This document shows positions 53,694-62,513 of a stretch of DNA of 64,000 bases, one piece after another. The DNA lies in NCBI GenBank assembly GCA_902586695.1, contig CACIIL010000003.1, forward strand, positions 1,639 through 65,638, written 5' to 3'. The notes under the pieces are model-generated. The model worked only from the letters and a program-made list of their open reading frames with translations, was not told the origin of the DNA and made no database searches. How positions within the stretch are numbered: the first letter of the stretch is position 1; each line of letters opens with the position of its first letter. Both the position numbers and the translations under genes were made by a program. The DNA is from an uncultured Alphaproteobacteria bacterium (GTDB lineage Bacteria > Pseudomonadota > Alphaproteobacteria > HIMB59 > GCA-002718135).

Positions 53694-54685
53694 TATCCAC
53701 CTGTCTCATTCATATGCCTAATAATATAAGGTTTAACCTCTGAGTTAATCATAAAATCATGTTTTTTAGGCTTTACACTTAAAGCAAATTTTATTTTTTC
53801 TTTTATATATTCATCACCTCTATCAGACCTTAAAATTTCCCTAAAATCTACATAATCATTTTGACCAAGACACATATACATTTTTCCTGTACTCGATATT
53901 CTTACTCTATTACATGTTGCACAAAAATTATTTGATAAAGGAGTTATAAAACCAATTTTTATATTTAGTTTTTCACTAGTGTAATAATTTGATGGACCGC
54001 CAGTTTTATAATCCGATTTATTAAAATTATAGACATCATTCAATTCTTTAAAAATTTTATCTAAGCTAACAAATTGCATATGCCTAGGCATATCAGTATC
54101 ACTCATTGGCATAACTTCAATAAATGTAAGATCTAGTGATTTACTATTTGCCCAATCAATAAGATTCTGTGATTGATCTTCATTAAAATTTTTAAATACT
54201 ACTGTATTAATTTTAACTTTAATCTTATTTTTTATTGCCTCTTCTATTCCTTCTAATGTATTTTTCAAGTTTCCAAAGCGCGTTATTTCTCTAAATTTTT
54301 TTTCTACAATTGTATCTAGTGATACATTAATTCTGTTAATCCCATTATTTTTTAAATCTTTTGCATATCTTTTTAATAAGCTTCCATTAGTTGTAAGGGT
54401 TATTTCTTTTAAGTTTGTATTTAATTTTTTCTTATTGAGATTTTGTATAAGGTGAATAATATTTTTTCTCACTAGAGGCTCACCACCAGTTAATCTTATT
54501 TTTTCTACACCTAATTCAATAAAATTATCACATAATCTTTCAATTTCTTCTAAAGTTAAAACTTCATTTTTAGGTAAAAAATTCATTTTTTCTTTCATGC
54601 AATAAACACATCTTAAATCGCATCTGTCAGTAACAGATACTCTTAAGTAGTTTATCTTTCTAAGAAATTGATCTACTAGTTTCAT
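53693..54685 (-). CDS. moaA: GTP 3',8-cyclase (molybdenum cofactor biosynthesis, radical SAM)
   Basis: YLRVSVTDRCDLRCVYCM (CxxxCxxC), a second cluster CATCNRVRISSTGKMYMCL and the C-terminal GG tail. Confidence 0.88.
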   Translation of the reverse strand: MKLVDQFLRKINYLRVSVTDRCDLRCVYCMKEKMNFLPKNEVLTLEEIERLCDNFIELGVEKIRLTGGEPLVRKNIIHLIQNLNKKKLNTNLKEITLTTNGSLLKRYAKDLKNNGINRINVSLDTIVEKKFREITRFGNLKNTLEGIEEAIKNKIKVKINTVVFKNFNEDQSQNLIDWANSKSLDLTFIEVMPMSDTDMPRHMQFVSLDKIFKELNDVYNFNKSDYKTGGPSNYYTSEKLNIKIGFITPLSNNFCATCNRVRISSTGKMYMCLGQNDYVDFREILRSDRGDEYIKEKIKFALSVKPKKHDFMINSEVKPYIIRHMNETGG

Positions 54686-54869
54686 TTATATTTATAATTT
54701 CAAGATTAATTTCAGAAATATCGATTGTTTTCTTTCCAACATTTTCAAAATTAACTGTTATTAATTCATTGATTGAAGATTGGATTTGACCAATTCCCCA
54801 TTCATTTTTTTTATTAGGGTTTATAACAAATATTCCAGGTGTAAAAAGACTTGAATAGTTTTCAATCAT
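54660..54869 (-). CDS. Small conserved hypothetical protein (DUF3553-like)
   Basis: 69 aa. The WGIGQIQS...VNFENVGKK pattern matches my recollection of DUF3553. Its 3' end overlaps the annotated moaA start by 26 nt. Confidence 0.5.
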   Translation of the reverse strand: MIENYSSLFTPGIFVINPNKKNEWGIGQIQSSINELITVNFENVGKKTIDISEINLEIININETSRSIS

Positions 54870-54894
54870 AAATAATTCTTATATATTATTTAGA

Positions 54895-55302
54895 TTAATT
54901 TAATCTTTTTTCAGCTTTTTCATGCATCTCTTGAGCTTCTAAACTTAAGGTCGCAACAGGTCTTGCTTCAAGTCGTTTTAATCCGATAGGTTCTCCAGTT
55001 TCTTCACAATAACCGTATGTTCCATCTTCAATTCTATGAAGTGCAGCATCAATTTTATTAATTAATTTTCTTTCTCTATCCCTTGTTCTTAGTTCAAATG
55101 CTCTATCAATCTCTTCAGAAGCTCTATCAGTGATATCTGGTTTGGCTACATTATCAGATTGTAAATTACTTAGAGTTTGATTGGATTCTTTCAGTAGATC
55201 AGTTTTCCAATCTAATAATTTTTGTCTAAAATATTGTTTCATTTTAGAATTCATAAACTTTTCTTTATTAGTTGGTTTGTAAGATTTTGATTTTTTTACC
55301 AT
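54895..55302 (-). CDS. dksA: RNA polymerase-binding transcription factor DksA (cysteine-poor, alphaproteobacterial type)
   Basis: It has the coiled-coil DxxDxA tip (DITDRASEE). The C-terminus YGYCEETGEPIGLKRLEARPVATLSLEAQ is colinear with DksA. I place the start at Met16 (MVKKSKSYKP...) by length comparison with alphaproteobacterial DksA; the ORF track extends to 55347. Confidence 0.8.
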   Translation of the reverse strand: MVKKSKSYKPTNKEKFMNSKMKQYFRQKLLDWKTDLLKESNQTLSNLQSDNVAKPDITDRASEEIDRAFELRTRDRERKLINKIDAALHRIEDGTYGYCEETGEPIGLKRLEARPVATLSLEAQEMHEKAEKRLN

Positions 55303-55408
55303 AATTTTCAACTCGAAACGATTTATCAAAAGATTTTTATAATTCAAGATTTATATATTCAAAAAAAATATTCATATATATCATATAGTTAATATTATTT
55401 TTATAAAA

Positions 55409-55423
55409 GAACAAAAATAGAAC
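55409..55423 (+). promoter_or_regulatory. Candidate alphaproteobacterial SOS (LexA) box GAAC-N7-GAAC upstream of recA
   Basis: GAACaaaaataGAAC read directly, 73 nt upstream of the first possible recA ATG. This is the direct-repeat LexA operator form established for Rhodobacter and Rhizobium. Confidence 0.5.
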
Positions 55424-55495
55424 TTTAAAAATGAGAACAAAACGTGTACAAAAAAAACATGATTTGCAAGAATCTTAATAAAAAACTAACAAATA

Positions 55496-56605
55496 ATGGA
55501 GAAAACAATGTCTCAAGCTAAATTAAAAGTAATAGATAATAATACGATGGATAAAGAAAACAGAGGTAAATCATTGGAAGCTGCCGTTAGTTTAATTGAA
55601 AAGAACTATGGAAAAGGCTCAATTATGAAGTTAGGTTCTAAAACAAATGTAGATATAGAATCAATTTCAACAGGTTCACTGGGTCTAGATATAGCTTTAG
55701 GTATTGGCGGTGTTCCAAAAGGTAGGATAGTTGAAATTTATGGTCCAGAAAGTTCAGGAAAAACTACTTTAGCAACTCATATTGTTGCAGAGTCACAAAA
55801 ACTTGGAGGCAATTGTGCATTTATTGATGCTGAGCATGCTCTTGACCCAGCATATGCAAAAAAACTTGGAGTTAATTTAGAAGAATTATTAATTTCACAG
55901 CCAGATACAGGAGAGCAAGGTTTAGAGATAGCGGATTCTCTTATAAAATCTGGCGGAATAGATGTTCTAGTAATAGATTCGGTGGCGGCACTAGTACCAA
56001 GAGCAGAACTAGAGGGTGATATGGGCGACTCTTTGCCAGGACTCCAAGCGCGGTTAATGAGTCAGGCTTTAAGAAAACTAACAAGCTCTATTGCTCAATC
56101 AAATACTTTAGTTGTGTTCATTAATCAGCTTAGAATGAAAATTGGTGTAATGTTTGGCAGTCCTGAAACAACTACCGGAGGTAATGCGCTTAAATTTTAT
56201 TCTTCAGTTAGAATGGACATAAGGAGAATTGGAGCTATTAAAGATAAAGATGAAATTATTGGAAACCAGACAAGAGTCAAAATAGTAAAAAATAAAGTTG
56301 CTCCGCCATTTAAAGTTGTTGAGTTTGATATTATGTATGGCGAAGGGATTTCTAAACTTGGAGAACTTGTAGATTTGGGTGTTAAAGCAGAAATTATTGA
56401 TAAAGCAGGTTCTTGGTTTGCCTATAAAGATCAAAAAATTGGCCAAGGAAGAGAAAATGTTAAAAACTTCCTTAAAGATAACCCACCAATTGCAAAAGAG
56501 ATTGAGAATAAAATTCTTGAAAATGCAGGTATAGTTGAAAAAGCTATGATGGAGGGCGAGACCAAGGTTAATAAAGAAAAAACTCAAGAAAAAACTGAAG
56601 AATAA
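55496..56605 (+). CDS. recA: Recombinase RecA
   Basis: Walker [10 protein letters not shown], plus [10 protein letters not shown] and an acidic C-terminal tail. By alignment to other RecA N-termini the true start may be Met18 (55547, [14 protein letters not shown]...). Confidence 0.95.
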   Translation: MEKTMSQAKLKVIDNNTMDKENRGKSLEAAVSLIEKNYGKGSIMKLGSKTNVDIESISTGSLGLDIALGIGGVPKGRIVEIYGPESSGKTTLATHIVAESQKLGGNCAFIDAEHALDPAYAKKLGVNLEELLISQPDTGEQGLEIADSLIKSGGIDVLVIDSVAALVPRAELEGDMGDSLPGLQARLMSQALRKLTSSIAQSNTLVVFINQLRMKIGVMFGSPETTTGGNALKFYSSVRMDIRRIGAIKDKDEIIGNQTRVKIVKNKVAPPFKVVEFDIMYGEGISKLGELVDLGVKAEIIDKAGSWFAYKDQKIGQGRENVKNFLKDNPPIAKEIENKILENAGIVEKAMMEGETKVNKEKTQEKTEE

Positions 56606-56628
56606 ATTTTTTTTATAAGCAATAAAAA

Positions 56629-56652
56629 GAAGGGGCTCCGCCCCTTTTTTTT
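56629..56652 (+). terminator. Rho-independent terminator after recA
   Basis: A GGGGC-tcc-GCCCC stem is extended by A/T pairs and followed by a T8 run. Confidence 0.8.
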
Positions 56653-56691
56653 GTATTAGACATAATAATAATCAGGTTATAATACATCTTC

Positions 56692-59364
56692 ATGAATTCT
56701 AATCAAATTAGATCGACATTTTTAAATTACTTTAAAAAAAATAAACATAAAATTGTTCATTCAAGTCCACTAGTACCACATAATGACCCTACACTTATGT
56801 TTGCAAATTCTGGTATGGTGCAATTTAAAAATATTTTTACTGGTAAAGAAAAAAGAGATTATAATCGCGCAGTTACCTCTCAAAAATGTGTAAGGGCTGG
56901 AGGTAAACACAATGACTTAGAGAATGTGGGTTACACTACAAGGCACCATACATTTTTTGAAATGTTAGGAAATTTTTCTTTTGGAGATTATTTTAAAGAT
57001 TATGCAATAGAATTTGCATGGGATTTAATTACAAAAGAATTTGGTATAGATAAAAAAAAATTACTAGTTACTGTTTTTAATGAAGATGAAGATTCTTACC
57101 ATCTTTGGAAAAAAATTTCAGGTTTAGATGATGATAAAATTATAAAGATAAGTACATCAGATAATTTTTGGTCTATGGGTGATACAGGACCATGTGGTCC
57201 GTGTTCTGAAATTTTTTATGATCATGGTGATAAATTTCCTGGAGGTCCCCCAGGTAGTCCTGATGAAGATGGAGATCGATTTATTGAAATTTGGAATTTA
57301 GTTTTTATGCAATATGAGCAAATTAACTCCTCTCAAAGAATCAATCTTCCAAAACCTTCAATTGATACAGGGATGGGTTTAGAAAGAATGACAGCTTTAT
57401 TAAATGGTACAAATGATAATTATGATACTGATCTTTTTAAACCATTAATTAATAAGTCGATTGAGTTACTCAATATCGAAAGTTTAAATACAAGTCCGAG
57501 TCATAGAGTAATAGCAGATCATTTGAGAGCATCTTCATTTCTAATTGCAGATGGAGTTATGCCTTCTAATGAAGGTAGGGGCTATGTTTTGAGAAGAATA
57601 ATGAGAAGGGGGATGAGGCATGCCCATTCTCTTGGAAATAAAGATCCAATTTTTGCCAACATGTTTCCTAAATTATTGGAAACATTTCAGAATTCTTATC
57701 CTGAACTCGAGAGAGCCAAGGATTTAATTTTAAGTACTTTTTTGAATGAGGAAACCAAATTCAAAGAAACAGTAGAAAAGGGGCTTAAAATTTTAGAAGA
57801 AGAAGTTGCCTTATCTACACAAAAATTAGATGGAGAAATTGCATTTAAATTATATGACACATATGGTTTTCCTCTAGATTTAACTCAAGATTATCTCAGG
57901 TCAAAAAATATTGAGGTAGATATTGATTCATTCAATTTAAAAATGAAAGAGCAGAAGGATAGGGCACGACAAAGTTGGAAGGGTACTGGCGATATTGAAG
58001 ATCAAAAAAAATGGTTTCAAATTACTGAAAATTTAAACCCAACTGAATTTTTAGGATATGAGCAAACTGAAACTGAAAGTGAAATTATTTCTATTATTAA
58101 AAATGATTCTGAATCTGAACTTCTATCAGCGGGTGATGAAGCTATTATCATTCTTAATCAAACACCTTTCTATGGAGAAAGTGGAGGGCAAATTGGAGAT
58201 AATGGAAAAATTATTTGTGGTGATAATATTTTTGAAGTTTATGATACGACTAAATTATTCGGATCATTTTTTTTACATCATGGAAAAGTTAAAAATGGTC
58301 AATTTGCAAAAAAAGAGAGTGTGACTGCAATAATTGATACAAATAAACGTCAACTAACTAAGTGTAATCACTCTTCTACGCATTTATTACATTCTTCTCT
58401 TAGAAAAGTACTAGGCAATCATGTTTCTCAAAAGGGATCTTTAGTTAATAATGAAAAATTGAGATTTGATTTTAGTCATAATGAGCCAATAAGCTCTGAT
58501 AATATTATTAAAATTGAAAATTATGTTAAAATGGAAATTACTAAAAATTCTCCTGTTAATACAAAAATAATAGATCATCAAAAAGCTATTGAAGAAGGCG
58601 CTATAGCTTTATTTGGAGAAAAATATGGTGATGAAGTGCGTGTTGTATCTATGGGCAGTAAAGAGGGTGAAAAAATATTCTCAAAAGAGTTGTGTGGCGG
58701 TACACATGTGAATCATACAGGTGATATAATTGATTTTAAAATTATTAATCAGTCAAGTGTGGCATCAGGTATCAGAAGGTTAGAGGCTTTAACTAATATT
58801 TCTGTTAAGCAATTTGAAAATGAACAAATTCGATTAAATAAAAAAAAAGAAGATGATAATAAAATAAAAATTGATCAACTTATTAAAGAGATACAAAAAA
58901 TAGATGGTAACTTTACATATTCCAATAAAAATAATGATAGTTTGCCAAATCAAATTAAAGAATTAAGAAAAAGCTTAGATAATAAGAAGCAAAATTTAAA
59001 TAAAGAAAATACATCTCAAAATATTTTAAGTGAAAAGATTAACGATACAACATTTGTATATCTCGTTACGGATGATTACCCACCTAAGTTACTAAAGCAA
59101 TTTGTAGATGACCAGAAAAATAAATATCAACAAAAGTGTGTATCTTTAATTATATCTTCAAATGCTAATAAATTATCAATTGTTCTTGGTGCCACAAATG
59201 ACCTTATTGATAGTTTTGACTCATCAAAGATTATTCAGGAAGTTTCAAAAATATTAGGAGGAAAAGGTGGAGGAGGTCGTAAGGATATTGCTCAAGCTGG
59301 AGGAGCTGATTTAACTAACTTAGAAGATGCAATAAATAAAATTAGAGACAGTCTAAATTTTTAG
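56692..59364 (+). CDS. alaS: Alanine--tRNA ligase
   Basis: 890 aa with [10 protein letters not shown], the editing-domain HSSTHLLH...CGGTH motif and a C-terminal DHHA1-like domain ([16 protein letters not shown]). Confidence 0.95.
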   Translation: MNSNQIRSTFLNYFKKNKHKIVHSSPLVPHNDPTLMFANSGMVQFKNIFTGKEKRDYNRAVTSQKCVRAGGKHNDLENVGYTTRHHTFFEMLGNFSFGDYFKDYAIEFAWDLITKEFGIDKKKLLVTVFNEDEDSYHLWKKISGLDDDKIIKISTSDNFWSMGDTGPCGPCSEIFYDHGDKFPGGPPGSPDEDGDRFIEIWNLVFMQYEQINSSQRINLPKPSIDTGMGLERMTALLNGTNDNYDTDLFKPLINKSIELLNIESLNTSPSHRVIADHLRASSFLIADGVMPSNEGRGYVLRRIMRRGMRHAHSLGNKDPIFANMFPKLLETFQNSYPELERAKDLILSTFLNEETKFKETVEKGLKILEEEVALSTQKLDGEIAFKLYDTYGFPLDLTQDYLRSKNIEVDIDSFNLKMKEQKDRARQSWKGTGDIEDQKKWFQITENLNPTEFLGYEQTETESEIISIIKNDSESELLSAGDEAIIILNQTPFYGESGGQIGDNGKIICGDNIFEVYDTTKLFGSFFLHHGKVKNGQFAKKESVTAIIDTNKRQLTKCNHSSTHLLHSSLRKVLGNHVSQKGSLVNNEKLRFDFSHNEPISSDNIIKIENYVKMEITKNSPVNTKIIDHQKAIEEGAIALFGEKYGDEVRVVSMGSKEGEKIFSKELCGGTHVNHTGDIIDFKIINQSSVASGIRRLEALTNISVKQFENEQIRLNKKKEDDNKIKIDQLIKEIQKIDGNFTYSNKNNDSLPNQIKELRKSLDNKKQNLNKENTSQNILSEKINDTTFVYLVTDDYPPKLLKQFVDDQKNKYQQKCVSLIISSNANKLSIVLGATNDLIDSFDSSKIIQEVSKILGGKGGGGRKDIAQAGGADLTNLEDAINKIRDSLNF

Positions 59365-60570
59365 TTTTTCTTCCAAATTTACTTTTAAAGCTTCTAGAAA
59401 GTCTTGAGTATTTAGCCATTTTTGATCAGAGCTAATTAGAATAGCTAAATCCTTTGTCATTTTCCCTGATTGAACAGTATTTATACATGTATCTTCAAGA
59501 CTCTTAGCAAAATTGACCAAATTAATATTGTCATCAAATTTACCTCTAAATTGCAAACCCCTAGTCCATGCAAATATTGACGCTATCGGGTTGGTCGATG
59601 TCTCTAAACCTTGTTGATGATTTCTATAATGTCTTGTTACTGTTCCATGAGCTGCTTCAGCCTCTACTGTTTTACCATCAGGTGTCATCAAAACACTTGT
59701 CATTAATCCAAGTGATCCATATCCTTGTGCAACAGAGTCAGATTGGACATCTCCATCATAGTTTTTACAAGCCCAAATAAAATTACCTTCCCATTTAAGA
59801 GCTGTTGCAACCATATCATCTATCAATCTATGTTCGTAAACTATATTTTTTTCTTTAAATTTTTCAGCAAACTCAGTTTGAAAGACATCTTCGAATAAAT
59901 CTTTGAATCTTCCATCATATACTTTCAAAATTGTGTTTTTAGTAGATAGATAAACTGGCCAACCTAGTTCTAATCCATAGTTAAAACATGCTCTTGCAAA
60001 ATCAATAATTGACTGATCAAGATTGTACATCGATAGAGCTATTCCTTCTTTTTCAAAATTATAAACATCTTTTGTGAAACCTTCACTTCCATCTGATGGT
60101 TCAAATACCATTTTTAGTTTTCCAGGTTTTGATATTAGTGTGTCTGTAGCTCTATACTGATCTCCAAAAGCATGTCTTGCTACTACAATAGGTTTATTCC
60201 AGTTTGTAACAATTCTTGGAACATTCTTGCAGATAATGGGTTGTCTGAAAATTGTACCTCCTAATATATTTCTTATTGTCCCATTAGGAGAACGCCACAT
60301 TTTTTTTAAATTAAATTCTTTCACTCTATCTTCATCGGGGGTAATAGTTGCACATTTAATGCCAACTCTATATTTTTTTACGGCTTCAGCTGCATCAATT
60401 GTAATTTGATCGTCAGTATTATCACGACTAGTAACACCTAAATCATAGTATTTTATGTCAATATCAACATAGGGAAGGATTAATTTATCTTTGATAAATT
60501 CCCATATTATTCTCGTCATTTCGTCCCCATCCATCTCAACGACAGGTGAATTAACTTTTATTTTGTCCAT
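59353..60570 (-). CDS. icd: NADP-dependent isocitrate dehydrogenase (homodimeric, eukaryote-like subfamily)
   Basis: 405 aa with [20 protein letters not shown] and NYDGDVQSD. Confidence 0.92.
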   Translation of the reverse strand: MDKIKVNSPVVEMDGDEMTRIIWEFIKDKLILPYVDIDIKYYDLGVTSRDNTDDQITIDAAEAVKKYRVGIKCATITPDEDRVKEFNLKKMWRSPNGTIRNILGGTIFRQPIICKNVPRIVTNWNKPIVVARHAFGDQYRATDTLISKPGKLKMVFEPSDGSEGFTKDVYNFEKEGIALSMYNLDQSIIDFARACFNYGLELGWPVYLSTKNTILKVYDGRFKDLFEDVFQTEFAEKFKEKNIVYEHRLIDDMVATALKWEGNFIWACKNYDGDVQSDSVAQGYGSLGLMTSVLMTPDGKTVEAEAAHGTVTRHYRNHQQGLETSTNPIASIFAWTRGLQFRGKFDDNINLVNFAKSLEDTCINTVQSGKMTKDLAILISSDQKWLNTQDFLEALKVNLEEKLKI

Positions 60571-61109
60571 GATTTTAATATTTTATTTAATTCTTTAGGG
60601 TTCTTTATTACTTGGAATTGATTTTGTAAATTTTTATTTCCAAATTTATTTTCAATAATCTTTTCAAATTGTTTTATTAATGGAGACCAATAGTTATCAA
60701 AATTTAAAAAAATAATTGGTTTGTTATGCAATTTAAGTATCTTCCAAGATAAAACTTCTACTACTTCTTCTAAAGTTCCTGTTCCTCCAGGTAAGATTAA
60801 AAAAGCATCACCTAATTTAAATAATTTTTCTTTTCTCTTGCTCATATTTGAAACAATTTTTAAACTAGTTAGTTTAAGATTTAATTTTTCTTTTTTTATT
60901 AAAAATTTTGGAATAATTCCAATAACTTCATTATTTAAACTTATTAGAGTTCTTGCAATTTCACCCATTAATCCTATGTTACCACCTCCATAAATAACTT
61001 TAATATTATAATTTGATATAATTTCTGCGGTTTCTCTTGCCATTTTGTAAAATTTTTTATTTAATTTTTGTGATGAAGAACAGTAGATTGTTAGAGATTT
61101 TATTTTCAT
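60558..61109 (-). CDS. LOG-family (TIGR00730) nucleotide phosphoribohydrolase-like protein
   Basis: 183 aa with the [10 protein letters not shown] and PGGTGTLEE motifs. Confidence 0.8.
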   Translation of the reverse strand: MKIKSLTIYCSSSQKLNKKFYKMARETAEIISNYNIKVIYGGGNIGLMGEIARTLISLNNEVIGIIPKFLIKKEKLNLKLTSLKIVSNMSKRKEKLFKLGDAFLILPGGTGTLEEVVEVLSWKILKLHNKPIIFLNFDNYWSPLIKQFEKIIENKFGNKNLQNQFQVIKNPKELNKILKSWTK

Positions 61110-61133
61110 AATTCTATATTAGCTCATTATTTT

Positions 61134-61802
61134 ATGCAGTTTAGAATACATAATGAAGGTTGGGTATATTTTGTTATTAGTTGCTTAATTACCATAATAA
61201 TAATACCTTTTTATACAGTTTTAGGTATATTATTATGTATTTTATCAGCATACATTTTTTATTTTTTTAGAGATCCAATTAGATCTATACCTAAAGATGA
61301 TGTAATTGTTTCTCCGGCAGACGGTTTAGTAACTTTTATAGGCAATAAAAAGAATCCATTAAAAGATAGTTTAGATGATAATAATTATACAAAAATTAGC
61401 ATTTTTCTTAGTGTGTTTGATGTTCATGTTAATAGGATGCCATTAGATGCTTCTATTCAGTCAATTAATTATATTCCTGGAAAATTTTTCAATGCAACAT
61501 TAGATAAATCTAGTAATGATAATGAAAGAAATATTATTTATGCAAAAAAAAATGGGGAAAGTTTTTTTATAGTCCAAATTGCTGGATTGATTGCTAGACG
61601 TATTGTTTGTAATTTAAAAAATAATCAAGAAGTAATAAAAGGTGATAGAATTGGAATTATTAAATTTGGAAGTAGGGTAGACTTATATTTACCTCAAAAT
61701 TACAATATTTTAATATCAAAAGGTCAAAAAGTTGTAGGTGGTGAAACAATAATTTCAAATCCAAATAATATACAAAATATAAAAAGCTCTATTTTAAAAT
61801 GA
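61134..61802 (+). CDS. psd: Phosphatidylserine decarboxylase proenzyme (short form)
   Basis: 222 aa with an N-terminal TM segment and an FGSR self-cleavage-type motif near the C-terminus (IKFGSRVDLYLP). It is coupled to pssA. Confidence 0.8.
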   Translation: MQFRIHNEGWVYFVISCLITIIIIPFYTVLGILLCILSAYIFYFFRDPIRSIPKDDVIVSPADGLVTFIGNKKNPLKDSLDDNNYTKISIFLSVFDVHVNRMPLDASIQSINYIPGKFFNATLDKSSNDNERNIIYAKKNGESFFIVQIAGLIARRIVCNLKNNQEVIKGDRIGIIKFGSRVDLYLPQNYNILISKGQKVVGGETIISNPNNIQNIKSSILK

Positions 61803-62512
61803 ATGAACAAAATATTATAAGTAAGTATGTGCCAAATTTTATTACACTACTTTCATTAAGTAGTGGTTTTACATCAATTAGATTTTCACTAAATAGTGAA
61901 TGGGAGTTAGCTATATATTTAATATTATTAGCAACTATATTTGATTTTTTTGATGGATGGTTTGCAAGAAAACTTAAGAGCGGATCAAATTTTGGTGCAG
62001 AATTAGATTCTTTAAGTGATTTCGTATCTTTTGGAGTGGCCCCAAGTTTTTTAATCTTTATGTGGTCTACACATTCTCTTGGATCTCTTGGTTGGGGATC
62101 AACTTTATTTTTTGTAATTTGTAGTGCACTTAGATTGGCAAGATTTACAGCTGATATCTATATTACTAATAAACCAATTGATAATAATGAATATTTTGTA
62201 GGTTTACCATCTCCAGCAGCAGCTGGATTAATACTTTTGCCATTGTTTATTTATTTTGAGTTTAATTTAAATTTTCTTAAAAATGAATATTTAAATTTAC
62301 TTATCACAGTTATTATTGGATTTATGATGATAAGTAAGATTCCCACTATTTCTCTAAAAAAAATTAAAGTAAGTCAAAAATACAAAAATTGGATATTCTT
62401 AATATTTGTTATTGTTAGTGTAGCCTTAATTTCTAAAATTTGGCTTACTTTAGTTATAGTTTCTGGATTTTATTTATTATCGATTGGTTATACTGTTTTA
62501 AAGAGCAGATAG
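61799..62512 (+). CDS. pssA: CDP-diacylglycerol--serine O-phosphatidyltransferase
   Basis: CDP-alcohol phosphatidyltransferase motif DFFDGWFARKLKSGSNFGAELDSLSD. It overlaps psd by 4 nt. Confidence 0.85.
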   Translation: MNEQNIISKYVPNFITLLSLSSGFTSIRFSLNSEWELAIYLILLATIFDFFDGWFARKLKSGSNFGAELDSLSDFVSFGVAPSFLIFMWSTHSLGSLGWGSTLFFVICSALRLARFTADIYITNKPIDNNEYFVGLPSPAAAGLILLPLFIYFEFNLNFLKNEYLNLLITVIIGFMMISKIPTISLKKIKVSQKYKNWIFLIFVIVSVALISKIWLTLVIVSGFYLLSIGYTVLKSR

Positions 62513-62513
62513 T

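Noticed and set aside
55435-55438. A third GAAC after the candidate SOS box, as part of a second LexA site.
   Set aside because: Its spacing to the preceding GAAC is 11 nt, not 7, so it does not form a canonical second box.
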